This document shows, in pieces, positions 55,765 through 64,000 of a stretch of 64,000 nt of DNA. The DNA is from Candidatus Latescibacterota bacterium. Lineage in GTDB: Bacteria; Latescibacterota; UBA2968; UBA8231. Numbering within the stretch: position 1 is the stretch's first letter; every line of letters begins with the position of its first letter. The notes under the pieces were generated by a model, which saw only the letters and a program-made list of their open reading frames with translations, did no database searches and had not been told where the DNA came from. A program made the position numbers and the translations under genes. The DNA is taken from NCBI GenBank assembly GCA_965204725.1, contig OZ242005.1, forward strand, positions 4,832,001 to 4,896,000. The letters are read 5' to 3'.

Positions 55765-56106
55765 ATGAAATCTCTACTTTTGTTCTTGCAGGCGGTGCTG
55801 GTGCTGCCGCTGGTGGCTCCGCTGGTGGAGTTCGCCACGTCAACCAGCGGGCATGTTGAGCCGCGTGAGGGCTTGGCGCTGGGCTGGCTGGGCAGCGTGG
55901 TGGCGGGGCTGGCGGTGGTGTTCGGCACGGCCGACCAGACCCAAGCTGATTCCTGCTACGGAATCTCGGAGGGAAGCAAGGGATCGTACACAACGTCGGA
56001 TCCATGCGAGTGGAGGGACCATAAACCCTTCAGGTATTGGGTGAATTATTATCGCCACTACGAAGGGGGACCGGGCTGTGTCTATCTGTATTCTGTATGC
56101 GTATAG
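55765..56106 (+). CDS. Secreted 4-Cys mini-protein P5 (protein identical to P1)
   Basis: Same 113-aa translation as 45346-45687. Confidence 0.8.
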   Translation: MKSLLLFLQAVLVLPLVAPLVEFATSTSGHVEPREGLALGWLGSVVAGLAVVFGTADQTQADSCYGISEGSKGSYTTSDPCEWRDHKPFRYWVNYYRHYEGGPGCVYLYSVCV

Positions 56107-56217
56107 CCCGGTCGCCCAGTAGCCCCGTTGCTGCGGCTCCCGGCTGTATCTATCAGCATTTTACATGCGGCTAGGTGAGCTTCTGTAACGGCATACGGCA
56201 GTTGCCAAGACGACGCG

Positions 56218-56252
56218 CCCCTGTGGTACTTTCGGGCCAAGTACCACAGGGG
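56218..56252 (+). other. Conserved hairpin, copy 3
   Basis: Identical to 45799-45833. Confidence 0.75.
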
Positions 56253-56318
56253 TAGGCGTCCTTATGTCGCTCGAATAGAACATCCTAAAACAAATCTATC
56301 ACGCTTTGGAGGTTCGTT

Positions 56319-58454
56319 ATGCGCGGTTTGCTCGTTGCGATTGGATTGGTGGTGGCTCCATTTAAGGTCTTGGCTTTAACATGGGATTTTGACGCGGGCA
56401 CGACTTGGGGATGGGCAGCCCAAGAGAGTGCCTTCGGCTCAGACCATGGTACGACCACGGTGTACAGCGAAGTCGCAGATGGCGTCTGGCGCATTGCGCC
56501 GGTGCCGCACGGGAAAAGACCAGCCATTCGCTTGCTCTCGCCGTTGATTGGGGAAGACTCTGACCTGTTCGACTGGGTCACCCTACGGCTACGCATCATC
56601 CACGATCTCCCCACCGAGGGGGTCCTCGAAATGTCGTGGACCAATGTCGAGTACAGACACCGCAAGAAGGAAGACCCCAGCGTAGGGTTGGGATTTTTTG
56701 TAAGCCGTCCTCAAGTTTATTCCACCGAATGGGAAGACATCACTATAGATATACGGGCTTTGGAAGCGGCTCCAGCAGGAGAGATCGATTGGGAGGTCAT
56801 TTGGCAGGACACCCTCTTCCACTTCTTCTTAGACCTAGACTTATTGCATCTACACGACATACAAGAATCTGTCTTAAGCCCGGCGGCTCGTCCGACCTTT
56901 GTCGAAGTCGATTGGATTCAACTGACGGGTGCTGAAGAGTTGCTGCTGGGGGAGTTGCAGCCTCGGGCGAGCATCGTGGAGGCCGGGTTGCCTGGGACGT
57001 TGTTTGCGGAACCGCGTTTTTCGGTGTTGGGTCAAAATATCGGTAGCCCAGGATCGCAGGGTGCTTTGGGCGATATGGACGGCGATGGAGATGCCGATCT
57101 AGTCGTGACATGGTTCTCAATAGCGGGCAGTAGCTGGGCTATAGCGACTAGCGATGGCTTGGGGGACTTGGCTTCGACCCAAGAGGTCCTCTTCCCACAG
57201 AAGGCGGCTTATTCGGAGATTGCGGGAGGCGATTTCGACGGGGATGGGCTTCTCGATCTGGCCTTTAGTACCGGTCGAACTATCGAATTGTGGCTCAACC
57301 GGGGCGAGGATGGATTTGAAACCATCCTACAGCTAACCGACGTCGGCTGGCTCGTTAGTCTAGCCGATGGCGATGGCGATGGCGATGTGGACCTGTTGGT
57401 GGTAGAAGACCACGACGACCTATGGTCTAACATGACGATGTGGATCAATGACGGCGCGGGCGGGTTTGCCCACAGCGATCGGTTCGTCCTCGATACCGAA
57501 GAAGAGCTCGCTCCTTCCCTGTTGGCAGGACAACCGGTGGGCGAGGCTGCGCGCGTACTGTGGAACCGACCCTGCTGGAAGCCGCAGGGGCCGTGGCGGC
57601 TGACCCAGCCATGGGCGGCAAACGAGGAGCCACCGCTGTTTTTTGAGCTTGGGGAGGTCAACCTCTGCGACATGCACCTGCTGGCCGATCTGGATGGGGA
57701 TGGATCGGTTGAGTTGGTCGGAACGCCCGAGCGGAACCTGTACCTAGGCTTTTCTGGCGGCAACACCCATCACGGTTTAGCCCTGTGGCGCGTGGACGCT
57801 TCGGGCGGGGTGGAACGCCATACCCTGCTCGGTCCGCAGGTGATCGTGCCGTATTCGTGGCCTGCGAGTGGGGGCATTGCCAGCGACCTGACCGGCGATG
57901 GCCTTTTGGACTTGGCCGTGATCAATGCCAACTTAGCGATGAATCCGGCCCTGATCGTCTTGGTTGGCCAGCGCGATGGCCTGCCCGTCGTCGAAGGGCA
58001 CTACCCCCTGCCCACCATCGGCCGCAGCCTGCTCGCAGGCGACGTCAACGGCGATGGGGCGACCGATCTGGTCGTGCTGGGGCGGAGTCAGCGCGGCGAC
58101 GGCGGAGCCTTCGTCTTCCTCAACCAAGGCGTTCCCGCCACTGCCATCGCCGCCGAGACGACGACCGTGCCGACAGCCTTTGTCCTTGGGGCGAATTATC
58201 CCAACCCGTTCAACCCGGCTACAACCATCCCCCTTACTCTACCCGCCGGAGCCGAGGAGGTCGATTTAACCATCTACAACGTCTTAGGGCAGCCGGTGCG
58301 CCGCGTGTGGAACGGTTCGTTGGCGGCCGGCGAACACCGGCTAGCTTGGGATGGCCGGGACGCACAAGGACAGCCGGTCGCCGCTGGAGTCTATTGGTAT
58401 CGGTTGCAGGTGGACGACCAGACGCGCACCCGCAAGATGGTCAAAATCGAATAG
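56319..58454 (+). CDS. Secreted FG-GAP/VCBS-repeat protein with FlgD-Ig/T9SS-like tail (FG3)
   Basis: Close paralog of FG1 and FG2. Confidence 0.9.
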   Translation: MRGLLVAIGLVVAPFKVLALTWDFDAGTTWGWAAQESAFGSDHGTTTVYSEVADGVWRIAPVPHGKRPAIRLLSPLIGEDSDLFDWVTLRLRIIHDLPTEGVLEMSWTNVEYRHRKKEDPSVGLGFFVSRPQVYSTEWEDITIDIRALEAAPAGEIDWEVIWQDTLFHFFLDLDLLHLHDIQESVLSPAARPTFVEVDWIQLTGAEELLLGELQPRASIVEAGLPGTLFAEPRFSVLGQNIGSPGSQGALGDMDGDGDADLVVTWFSIAGSSWAIATSDGLGDLASTQEVLFPQKAAYSEIAGGDFDGDGLLDLAFSTGRTIELWLNRGEDGFETILQLTDVGWLVSLADGDGDGDVDLLVVEDHDDLWSNMTMWINDGAGGFAHSDRFVLDTEEELAPSLLAGQPVGEAARVLWNRPCWKPQGPWRLTQPWAANEEPPLFFELGEVNLCDMHLLADLDGDGSVELVGTPERNLYLGFSGGNTHHGLALWRVDASGGVERHTLLGPQVIVPYSWPASGGIASDLTGDGLLDLAVINANLAMNPALIVLVGQRDGLPVVEGHYPLPTIGRSLLAGDVNGDGATDLVVLGRSQRGDGGAFVFLNQGVPATAIAAETTTVPTAFVLGANYPNPFNPATTIPLTLPAGAEEVDLTIYNVLGQPVRRVWNGSLAAGEHRLAWDGRDAQGQPVAAGVYWYRLQVDDQTRTRKMVKIE

Positions 58455-58463
58455 GAAGCGGAC

Positions 58464-59822
58464 ATGCTGGAGATGTGCGCCAACCCGAAAAGAGAAGGAC
58501 ATAAGACGATGAGACGACCATGGAAAGTACCGTTACAAAAAAATAGAAAGCTGCAAGGCTGCTTGGTGTTGTCGCTGGCCTTGCATCTGCTGGTGATCTT
58601 CGGCATCACGCACCGCGAGCAGGTTGCCCAATTTCCCGTCCTACAGCCGATCATGGTGGAGTTTACCAAACGCCCGCCGCCGCAGCGCACGCTGAACCGT
58701 CGGCAACGACCCCGGCAGCGGCCGTTGGCGCGGCGACCCGCCCTGCAAGCGGCCCCAGTCGCCGCGGTGCGCCCAGCCCCCACGGCGACGCGCCCCCTGC
58801 CGATGTTCAAGTCAGCGGCACTTAGGCTGCCAACGGCGGCCCTGCCGGACCGGCTGGTGCTGCCGGTGCCGGACTTCCCCGCTCGGCACATTGGTCCACA
58901 AATGCAGGCTGGAGCACTCAAAGGGACGAGGCAGGGGGCCGACGAGATTGACTTGGCCTTGGAACTGATGGATGTGCAGGCCATGGACACCGGCCAGCAC
59001 CGGGCGATGGTGGTCGTCGATCCAAAAGACCGGCGTCAACTCAAGGGATTCCTCTATATGTCCAATGTGTATAGCCCTTCCATCGAACGGGCTGAGTCGG
59101 AAACATCGCGCCGACTTTTGCAGACGCGCCAAATGGTAGAAAACCGGATGCTACAAGGGCTGGCCGACAAAATGGTCGCCAGTACGCAGGTTCACGCCGA
59201 AGTGCTCGACGCGGTGGCACTGGACGACCCCCAACTATTGCAGGTGCCCTTCGTCCTCCTGACGGTGAGTGATCATTTCGAGTTCACCGAGGCGGAGACA
59301 GCTAATCTCGGGGCGTATTTGACTTCGGGTGGCTTCCTGTTTGCGGATATTGTGAGCGAATTGCCGCGCGAATACAGCGACGACCAATTGGACATTCCCG
59401 CAGTGCGTTCCCTCATTCGCACCAGTTTGCAGGCGGCCGGGTATCAAGAGTGGAAGGACTGGCAATTTAGACGCCTAGCGATGACCCATCCGATCTATCA
59501 TTGCTTCTACAATGTGGAGAGTCTCCCGCGCGGGATGCGCGATATGCACTATGCCGGCGGAGTGCCGCGGACTCCGGACTATTTGGAGGGCATCGTCGTC
59601 GAGGATCAGTTGGTGGGCGTGTATTCGATGCGTGGCTACGCCGATTTCTGGGCGGGAATCGCCAAGGAGGAAGCGGAGATATTTGATCCGGTCCTTTTTG
59701 TCGGTAGTCCGTTTCGGGCTAGTGCCGAGGAGCCGATGGTGTATAACTTGGGCGTGAACTTCTTGGTATATGCGTTGACACGAGAAGGCTCATTAGCCCA
59801 ACAATTAGTCGCTGCGGACTGA
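58464..59822 (+). CDS. DUF4159-domain protein, paralog 2
   Basis: N-terminal ~200 aa nearly identical to 50861-52243; C-terminal domain diverged but keeps the same motifs. Confidence 0.8.
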   Translation: MLEMCANPKREGHKTMRRPWKVPLQKNRKLQGCLVLSLALHLLVIFGITHREQVAQFPVLQPIMVEFTKRPPPQRTLNRRQRPRQRPLARRPALQAAPVAAVRPAPTATRPLPMFKSAALRLPTAALPDRLVLPVPDFPARHIGPQMQAGALKGTRQGADEIDLALELMDVQAMDTGQHRAMVVVDPKDRRQLKGFLYMSNVYSPSIERAESETSRRLLQTRQMVENRMLQGLADKMVASTQVHAEVLDAVALDDPQLLQVPFVLLTVSDHFEFTEAETANLGAYLTSGGFLFADIVSELPREYSDDQLDIPAVRSLIRTSLQAAGYQEWKDWQFRRLAMTHPIYHCFYNVESLPRGMRDMHYAGGVPRTPDYLEGIVVEDQLVGVYSMRGYADFWAGIAKEEAEIFDPVLFVGSPFRASAEEPMVYNLGVNFLVYALTREGSLAQQLVAAD

Positions 59823-59880
59823 GGGCTATCAGAACAAACTTTGTGGGTCCTTTTTTTATTCTTTTAAGGAGGAATGAATT

Positions 59881-60723
59881 ATGCAGTCTTTAACGTTTGT
59901 TTTTAAGGCCCTCGCCACGTCAGGGCTTGGCCCTCGGTTGGCGGGGCTGGCGGTGATGTTCGGCACCGTCAGCCAGACCCAGGCCGATCCCTGCTTTGGA
60001 ATCGCGGGGGAAAGCCATGGCTCGCACGAAACGACGTATCCATGCGAGTGGCGAGACCATGAACCCGTCGAGTATTGGTGGGAGCATTACTTCCACTATT
60101 CTAGAACGCCGGCCGATAGCTCTGGGCAAACTCCGGGATGTGTTTATCTGTATGCTACCTGTGGCCCAAGTACGACCACCATCGCGGCCGCGACGCCGAC
60201 CGATACTTGCTTTGGAATCGCAGAGGGAAGCAGAGGATCTTACACAACGCCGTATCCATGCGAGTGGCAAGACAATAAACCCGCCGAGTATTGGTGGGAT
60301 CATTATTTCCACTATTCTGAGACGTCGGCCGATAGCTCTGGGCAAACTCTGAGTTGTGCTTATCTGAATTCTACCTGTGGCCCAAGTACGGCTGGCCCAA
60401 GTGCGGCCACCGCCATTGCGGCCGAGACAGCGACCACTCCCTCAATCTTTGTCCTCGGTGCGAACTACCCCAACCCATTCAATCCGGCCACGACTATCCC
60501 CTTGGCGCTGCCCGCCGGAGCCGAGGAGGTTGATTTAACCATTTACAATGTCTTGGGTCAGCCGGTGCGCCGAGTGTGGGCGGGTTCGTTGGCGGCGGGC
60601 GAGCATCGGCTGGCTTGGGATGGCCAAGACGCACAGGGCCAACCCGTCGCTGCTGGAGTCTATTTGTATCGGTTGCAGGTCGGCGACCAGACGCGCATTC
60701 GCAAGATGGTCAAAATCGAATAA
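59881..60723 (+). CDS. Two tandem 4-Cys mini-domains fused to FlgD-Ig/T9SS-like tail (P6)
   Basis: DPCFGIAGESHG...PCEWRD...YWWEHYFHY...PGCVYLYATC, linker, DTCFGIAEGSRG...PCEWQD...YWWDHYFHY...SCAYLNSTC, NYPNPFNP tail. Confidence 0.82.
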   Translation: MQSLTFVFKALATSGLGPRLAGLAVMFGTVSQTQADPCFGIAGESHGSHETTYPCEWRDHEPVEYWWEHYFHYSRTPADSSGQTPGCVYLYATCGPSTTTIAAATPTDTCFGIAEGSRGSYTTPYPCEWQDNKPAEYWWDHYFHYSETSADSSGQTLSCAYLNSTCGPSTAGPSAATAIAAETATTPSIFVLGANYPNPFNPATTIPLALPAGAEEVDLTIYNVLGQPVRRVWAGSLAAGEHRLAWDGQDAQGQPVAAGVYLYRLQVGDQTRIRKMVKIE

Positions 60724-60732
60724 GGAACTGAT

Positions 60733-63231
60733 ATGCTAGAGACATTGCGCCAACGTATATCGACTCGTTTGCAGAATCTGAGCGTCCGGCTGCAACGCGC
60801 CGGCACGGTCAAGGGTCTGCCGCGCCACGAGTGCCCCGTCTTGATTTTTTTCCACGGCTACAGCTTGGCCCACACCATCCGACCGCTGGTCGTGGGACGA
60901 GCCCTGCGAGGGCGCGGCTACCCCGTCGAATTCGCGGGAGTGGGGCCTCACACCGCTCGGATCGCCGCCGAAGGCTTTCGAGTGTACGAGGTAGAAACCA
61001 TGCCGCAAAGCCACCTAGACCGATACGCGGCCCGTGGCGACTACGGAGACTGCAATGCGGAGAGGATAGACCGCTGCGTACAAGCCGAACGCGCCCTCCT
61101 CCGGCGGCTCCGCCCTGCCCTCGCGCTGGCAGACCTGCGGCCCACCTTGTCGCTTACCGCCTCTCTTGAAGGAATAGATATAGCCCTGATAGAAGCGGCC
61201 TACAACCAACCGGACTATCCGTTTCCCATTCGCCTGCCCACGTCCTTTTCCTTGGGCACCGAGCCATTCGACGAATACGCTCGTAATCACATCTCGACCT
61301 TCAAGCCACACCACACCTTCTACTTGGTGGCCGATGTGCCCCAATTCCACCCACCGGGTGAACAGACCCCATCCTATTATTGCTATGTGGGGCCATTGAT
61401 CGAGTCCCCACCGCCTCGCCCTATCGCGGAACTGAGCGATTGGGACGATTCGTTGCCGCTAGTCTATTTCAACTGCGGCAGCACCGGGGGCCATCCTAGC
61501 TTTCTCGACGAGGTGCTGGGCCGCATGGCCCATAAACCCTACCGCGTCTTGGTGACCACCGCGGGTCGTTGGGCCGGACAGGGAGCGGCCCCCAATATCC
61601 GCGTCGCCGACTTCGTGCCCGCGGCTTGGGTGTTGGCACAGGCGACCCTCTTCGTGGGGGTAGGCGGCATTGGTTCCATCTACCACGCCTTGCGCCAAGG
61701 CGTACCCGTGGTCGGTGCGCCCGAGCACTTGGACCAAGAGTACCACCTCAACCGAGTGCGCGACCTCGGCTTGGGATTCAAGCTCAACTGGGACGAGTTT
61801 CTCCGGGCGACTCCCCTGTTGGAGGCCATCGACGATCTCCTGACCCGCCACCGCGAATTTGCCCCGCGTTGTCGGGCCTTTGCCGCCCACGTGGGGGAAT
61901 GGGACGGAGGCCAAGCCGCGGCCGATGCGATTGACGCCTTTTTTGTGGACCAGCGTTCTGCCCACCCAATAGAGGCGGCCTATCAGATGCCCGAGCCCGA
62001 ATTTATCCACTACCTCAACCTGAGCACCCCGGCCAACCTCGGCGTCGAGGAGATCCGCACCTTGCTCCACCGCAACCTGAGTCGCGGTTTGCCGCATATC
62101 CAACAGGGCAGCAAGATCGCCTTTGATCGGGCAAATTCTTGGAACTGGCTCTACGACCACGAACCTATGTTCTTTGAAAGCGATTATCGCGCCCTCGAAC
62201 AGAAACGCCGCGATTTTTTCTCTCCTGCGAATGGCCACGTCGCACTGCACCGAAATCGTCAACGCTATCGCCTCACCTATACCTATCGGCTCTACCCAGC
62301 GACCTTGCCGCCCGATGTACGTGCCCGGCTCTTTCTGCCCTATCCCATCCCTAGTCCACATCAAGGAGCTATCGAGTTGTGTGCTTGTGCGCCGGACGAT
62401 TTGCGAACTTGCTTTGCGCCGCAGGCCGGTTTTTTCTACGGCTATCCCGTCCGGGTGGAGGAGGCCGCTCCAGCCGCGGTGGATTTTTCTTACACCTGTG
62501 AGTTGACCGTGCAGGGGCGCATGGGGGCAACGGACCCGGCCCCGCTGTCGGCCAGTGAATACCGCCGCTACCGCGAAATCGATTCAAAGCTGGCGCAAGA
62601 AGCGGTCGTCCAAAACTTCTTTGCCGCATTGGACTTGGACGCGGTGGAAGACCCGTTGGAAAAGGCGCGTCGCATCTACGCCCAATTAGCCGCGGTCAAG
62701 CGCTTCAAAAAAACCAAAGAGCAATCGCAGGACTTGGCCTCTTGCATCCACGTGGTGTTGAACGACAGCGGCGGCCACTGCATAACCCTGTCCAATGCCT
62801 TTATCGCCCTTTGTCGGCTACAGGGAATCGCGGCGCGGGCGGTCACCGGAGCCCTCGCCGGCTACCCCACAGGCGAGGGTCGTTTTGAGATGGCGGCCTA
62901 TAACGAGATTCTCTTTGGGCACACGTGGGCGGAGATTTTCGCGCCGGGCCAAGGTTGGGTGCCGGTAGAATTTCACGGTATTGTCATCGGCCCACAGGCG
63001 GCCACCACGGACAACGTCGCCGACGAAGCCCTGCGCCGCCACATCGCCGAAGTCGGCGGTCGCTACGTCGATTTTTACTTTGGCCAGTTGGATTGCCACC
63101 GCGTGGTGTGCTCCAATTCAGTCAAGACCGTACCGCAACTGTTGGCTTGGCGCGAGCCTGCGTCCGGGTCGCCGTTCTACGGGCCGGAAGGCTTACAATA
63201 CGAGTGCCGACTCGTCTTAGAGTGCATTTGA
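60733..63231 (+). CDS. GT-B glycosyltransferase (GT1/GT28-like) fused to a transglutaminase-like domain
   Basis: N-terminal LAHTIRPL, YVGPL, VYFNCGSTG, ADFVP, GGIGSIYHALRQGVPVVGAPEHLDQ; C-terminal GHCITLSNAFIALCRLQGIAARAVTG, GHTWAE, GWVPVE. Confidence 0.82.
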   Translation: MLETLRQRISTRLQNLSVRLQRAGTVKGLPRHECPVLIFFHGYSLAHTIRPLVVGRALRGRGYPVEFAGVGPHTARIAAEGFRVYEVETMPQSHLDRYAARGDYGDCNAERIDRCVQAERALLRRLRPALALADLRPTLSLTASLEGIDIALIEAAYNQPDYPFPIRLPTSFSLGTEPFDEYARNHISTFKPHHTFYLVADVPQFHPPGEQTPSYYCYVGPLIESPPPRPIAELSDWDDSLPLVYFNCGSTGGHPSFLDEVLGRMAHKPYRVLVTTAGRWAGQGAAPNIRVADFVPAAWVLAQATLFVGVGGIGSIYHALRQGVPVVGAPEHLDQEYHLNRVRDLGLGFKLNWDEFLRATPLLEAIDDLLTRHREFAPRCRAFAAHVGEWDGGQAAADAIDAFFVDQRSAHPIEAAYQMPEPEFIHYLNLSTPANLGVEEIRTLLHRNLSRGLPHIQQGSKIAFDRANSWNWLYDHEPMFFESDYRALEQKRRDFFSPANGHVALHRNRQRYRLTYTYRLYPATLPPDVRARLFLPYPIPSPHQGAIELCACAPDDLRTCFAPQAGFFYGYPVRVEEAAPAAVDFSYTCELTVQGRMGATDPAPLSASEYRRYREIDSKLAQEAVVQNFFAALDLDAVEDPLEKARRIYAQLAAVKRFKKTKEQSQDLASCIHVVLNDSGGHCITLSNAFIALCRLQGIAARAVTGALAGYPTGEGRFEMAAYNEILFGHTWAEIFAPGQGWVPVEFHGIVIGPQAATTDNVADEALRRHIAEVGGRYVDFYFGQLDCHRVVCSNSVKTVPQLLAWREPASGSPFYGPEGLQYECRLVLECI

Positions 63232-63232
63232 G

Positions 63233-64000
63233 ATGGATATTTCCGTGGTCATTGCTACGCACAACCAGCAGGAACGGCTGCGGCTGGTATTGGCCGGATT
63301 GCGCGGCCAGACTGCGCCGGCTACGCGCTTTGAAGTGGTGGTGGTAGAAGACGGTTGTAGCGACAAAACGGCCGAGGTGCTCAGCGAGATTGAGCACCAG
63401 ATGGACCTAACAATTGTTCGCCTGCGGCCCAACGAGGGACGTTGTATGGCTCGTAACCGGGGGGTGGAGGCCGCCGCCGGGGAATTCGTCGCCTTCTTGG
63501 ACGGGGACGCCCTGCCGCATCCCCAATGGCTCCAACGCCATGTCGAAGCACTCGAACAGGGCGGGCGGGAGTCCCTGTTGTGCGGTGCCGAATACAGTCT
63601 GCCCGATTTGGAGTACCTGCAAGACCCCCAACGGGGGACGCCGATGGAGGACAAGACCCCGAGCGTAGTGCGCGAGTACCTCCGCTCCCACCGACCGGAG
63701 TTGATCCTGACCGAGGACATGGTCCTCAAAGCCTTTGACCGCGTCGAAGCGCGCGCCGTGCTCGGGGGGTATCCCTTTCCCGAACTCGAGATACTGCAGG
63801 AACAGATCGCCGAGCTTTTTGTCCAGCATCCCGATTCCCCGATTGGTTGGCTGGGCTTTTTCCCGCACAACGGCGTGGTTTCTAAGGAGGCTTTTTTAGA
63901 GGTGGGTGGTTTTGATCCCGACATGGCCTTTAGCGAAGGGTGGGATTTGGCTTATCGGCTGCAACAGCATGGGAGTCGGCCTCGCTTTGTCCCCGAGGCC
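63233..64000 (+). CDS. Glycosyltransferase family 2, truncated by the window end
   Basis: Not in the ORF track. ATG 63233: MDISVVIATHNQ...FEVVVVEDGCSD...ARNRGVEAAAGEFVAFLDGD...VGGFDPD...EGWDLAYRL. Confidence 0.9.
   Translation, partial: MDISVVIATHNQQERLRLVLAGLRGQTAPATRFEVVVVEDGCSDKTAEVLSEIEHQMDLTIVRLRPNEGRCMARNRGVEAAAGEFVAFLDGDALPHPQWLQRHVEALEQGGRESLLCGAEYSLPDLEYLQDPQRGTPMEDKTPSVVREYLRSHRPELILTEDMVLKAFDRVEARAVLGGYPFPELEILQEQIAELFVQHPDSPIGWLGFFPHNGVVSKEAFLEVGGFDPDMAFSEGWDLAYRLQQHGSRPRFVPEA

Overview
GC-rich bacterial window. The C-terminal 'LGANYPNPFNP' FlgD-Ig/T9SS-like tails and the many sugar-acid catabolic genes suggest an FCB-group organism such as Latescibacterota or Gemmatimonadota (inference only). 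Layout: (1) 1-10.1 kb: enolase-superfamily enzyme, RND/MFP/TolC efflux operon, SDR and a GH10-like hydrolase. (2) 10.2-22.7 kb: a visibly AT-richer minus-strand bacteriocin/RiPP-like cluster (TPR protein, 64-aa GG-leader Cys precursor, ABC transporters, redoxin, YIP1, CPBP protease, TPR, S8 peptidase) hit by two identical inverted IS5-family copies. (3) 23.4-38.8 kb: housekeeping and catabolic genes (NUDIX, two mannonate dehydratase-like genes, hemF, psd, EamA, aldo/keto reductase) with a small defence islet (PIN-DUF433 fusion, DUF5615 PIN toxin, Type IIG-like R-M enzyme). (4) 38.8-64 kb, the most unusual part: a beta-propeller/sigma54 activator, then a canonical sigma54 promoter with a phased 11-bp repeat enhancer, then an operon encoding an archaeal-FlaK-like A24 peptidase, a CxxC/FMN-binding protein and two redoxins. 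These are followed by a tandemly amplified array: six genes encoding seven copies of a 4-Cys mini-domain (conserved leader, hypervariable core; three free peptides, three fused to a FlgD/T9SS-like tail), three FG-GAP proteins with variable loops, two DUF4159 proteins, a TPR protein, a glycosyltransferase-transglutaminase fusion and a GT2. I propose this as a candidate undescribed system producing a diversified repertoire of secreted or surface-displayed disulfide mini-proteins. No rRNA, tRNA or CRISPR array was seen.
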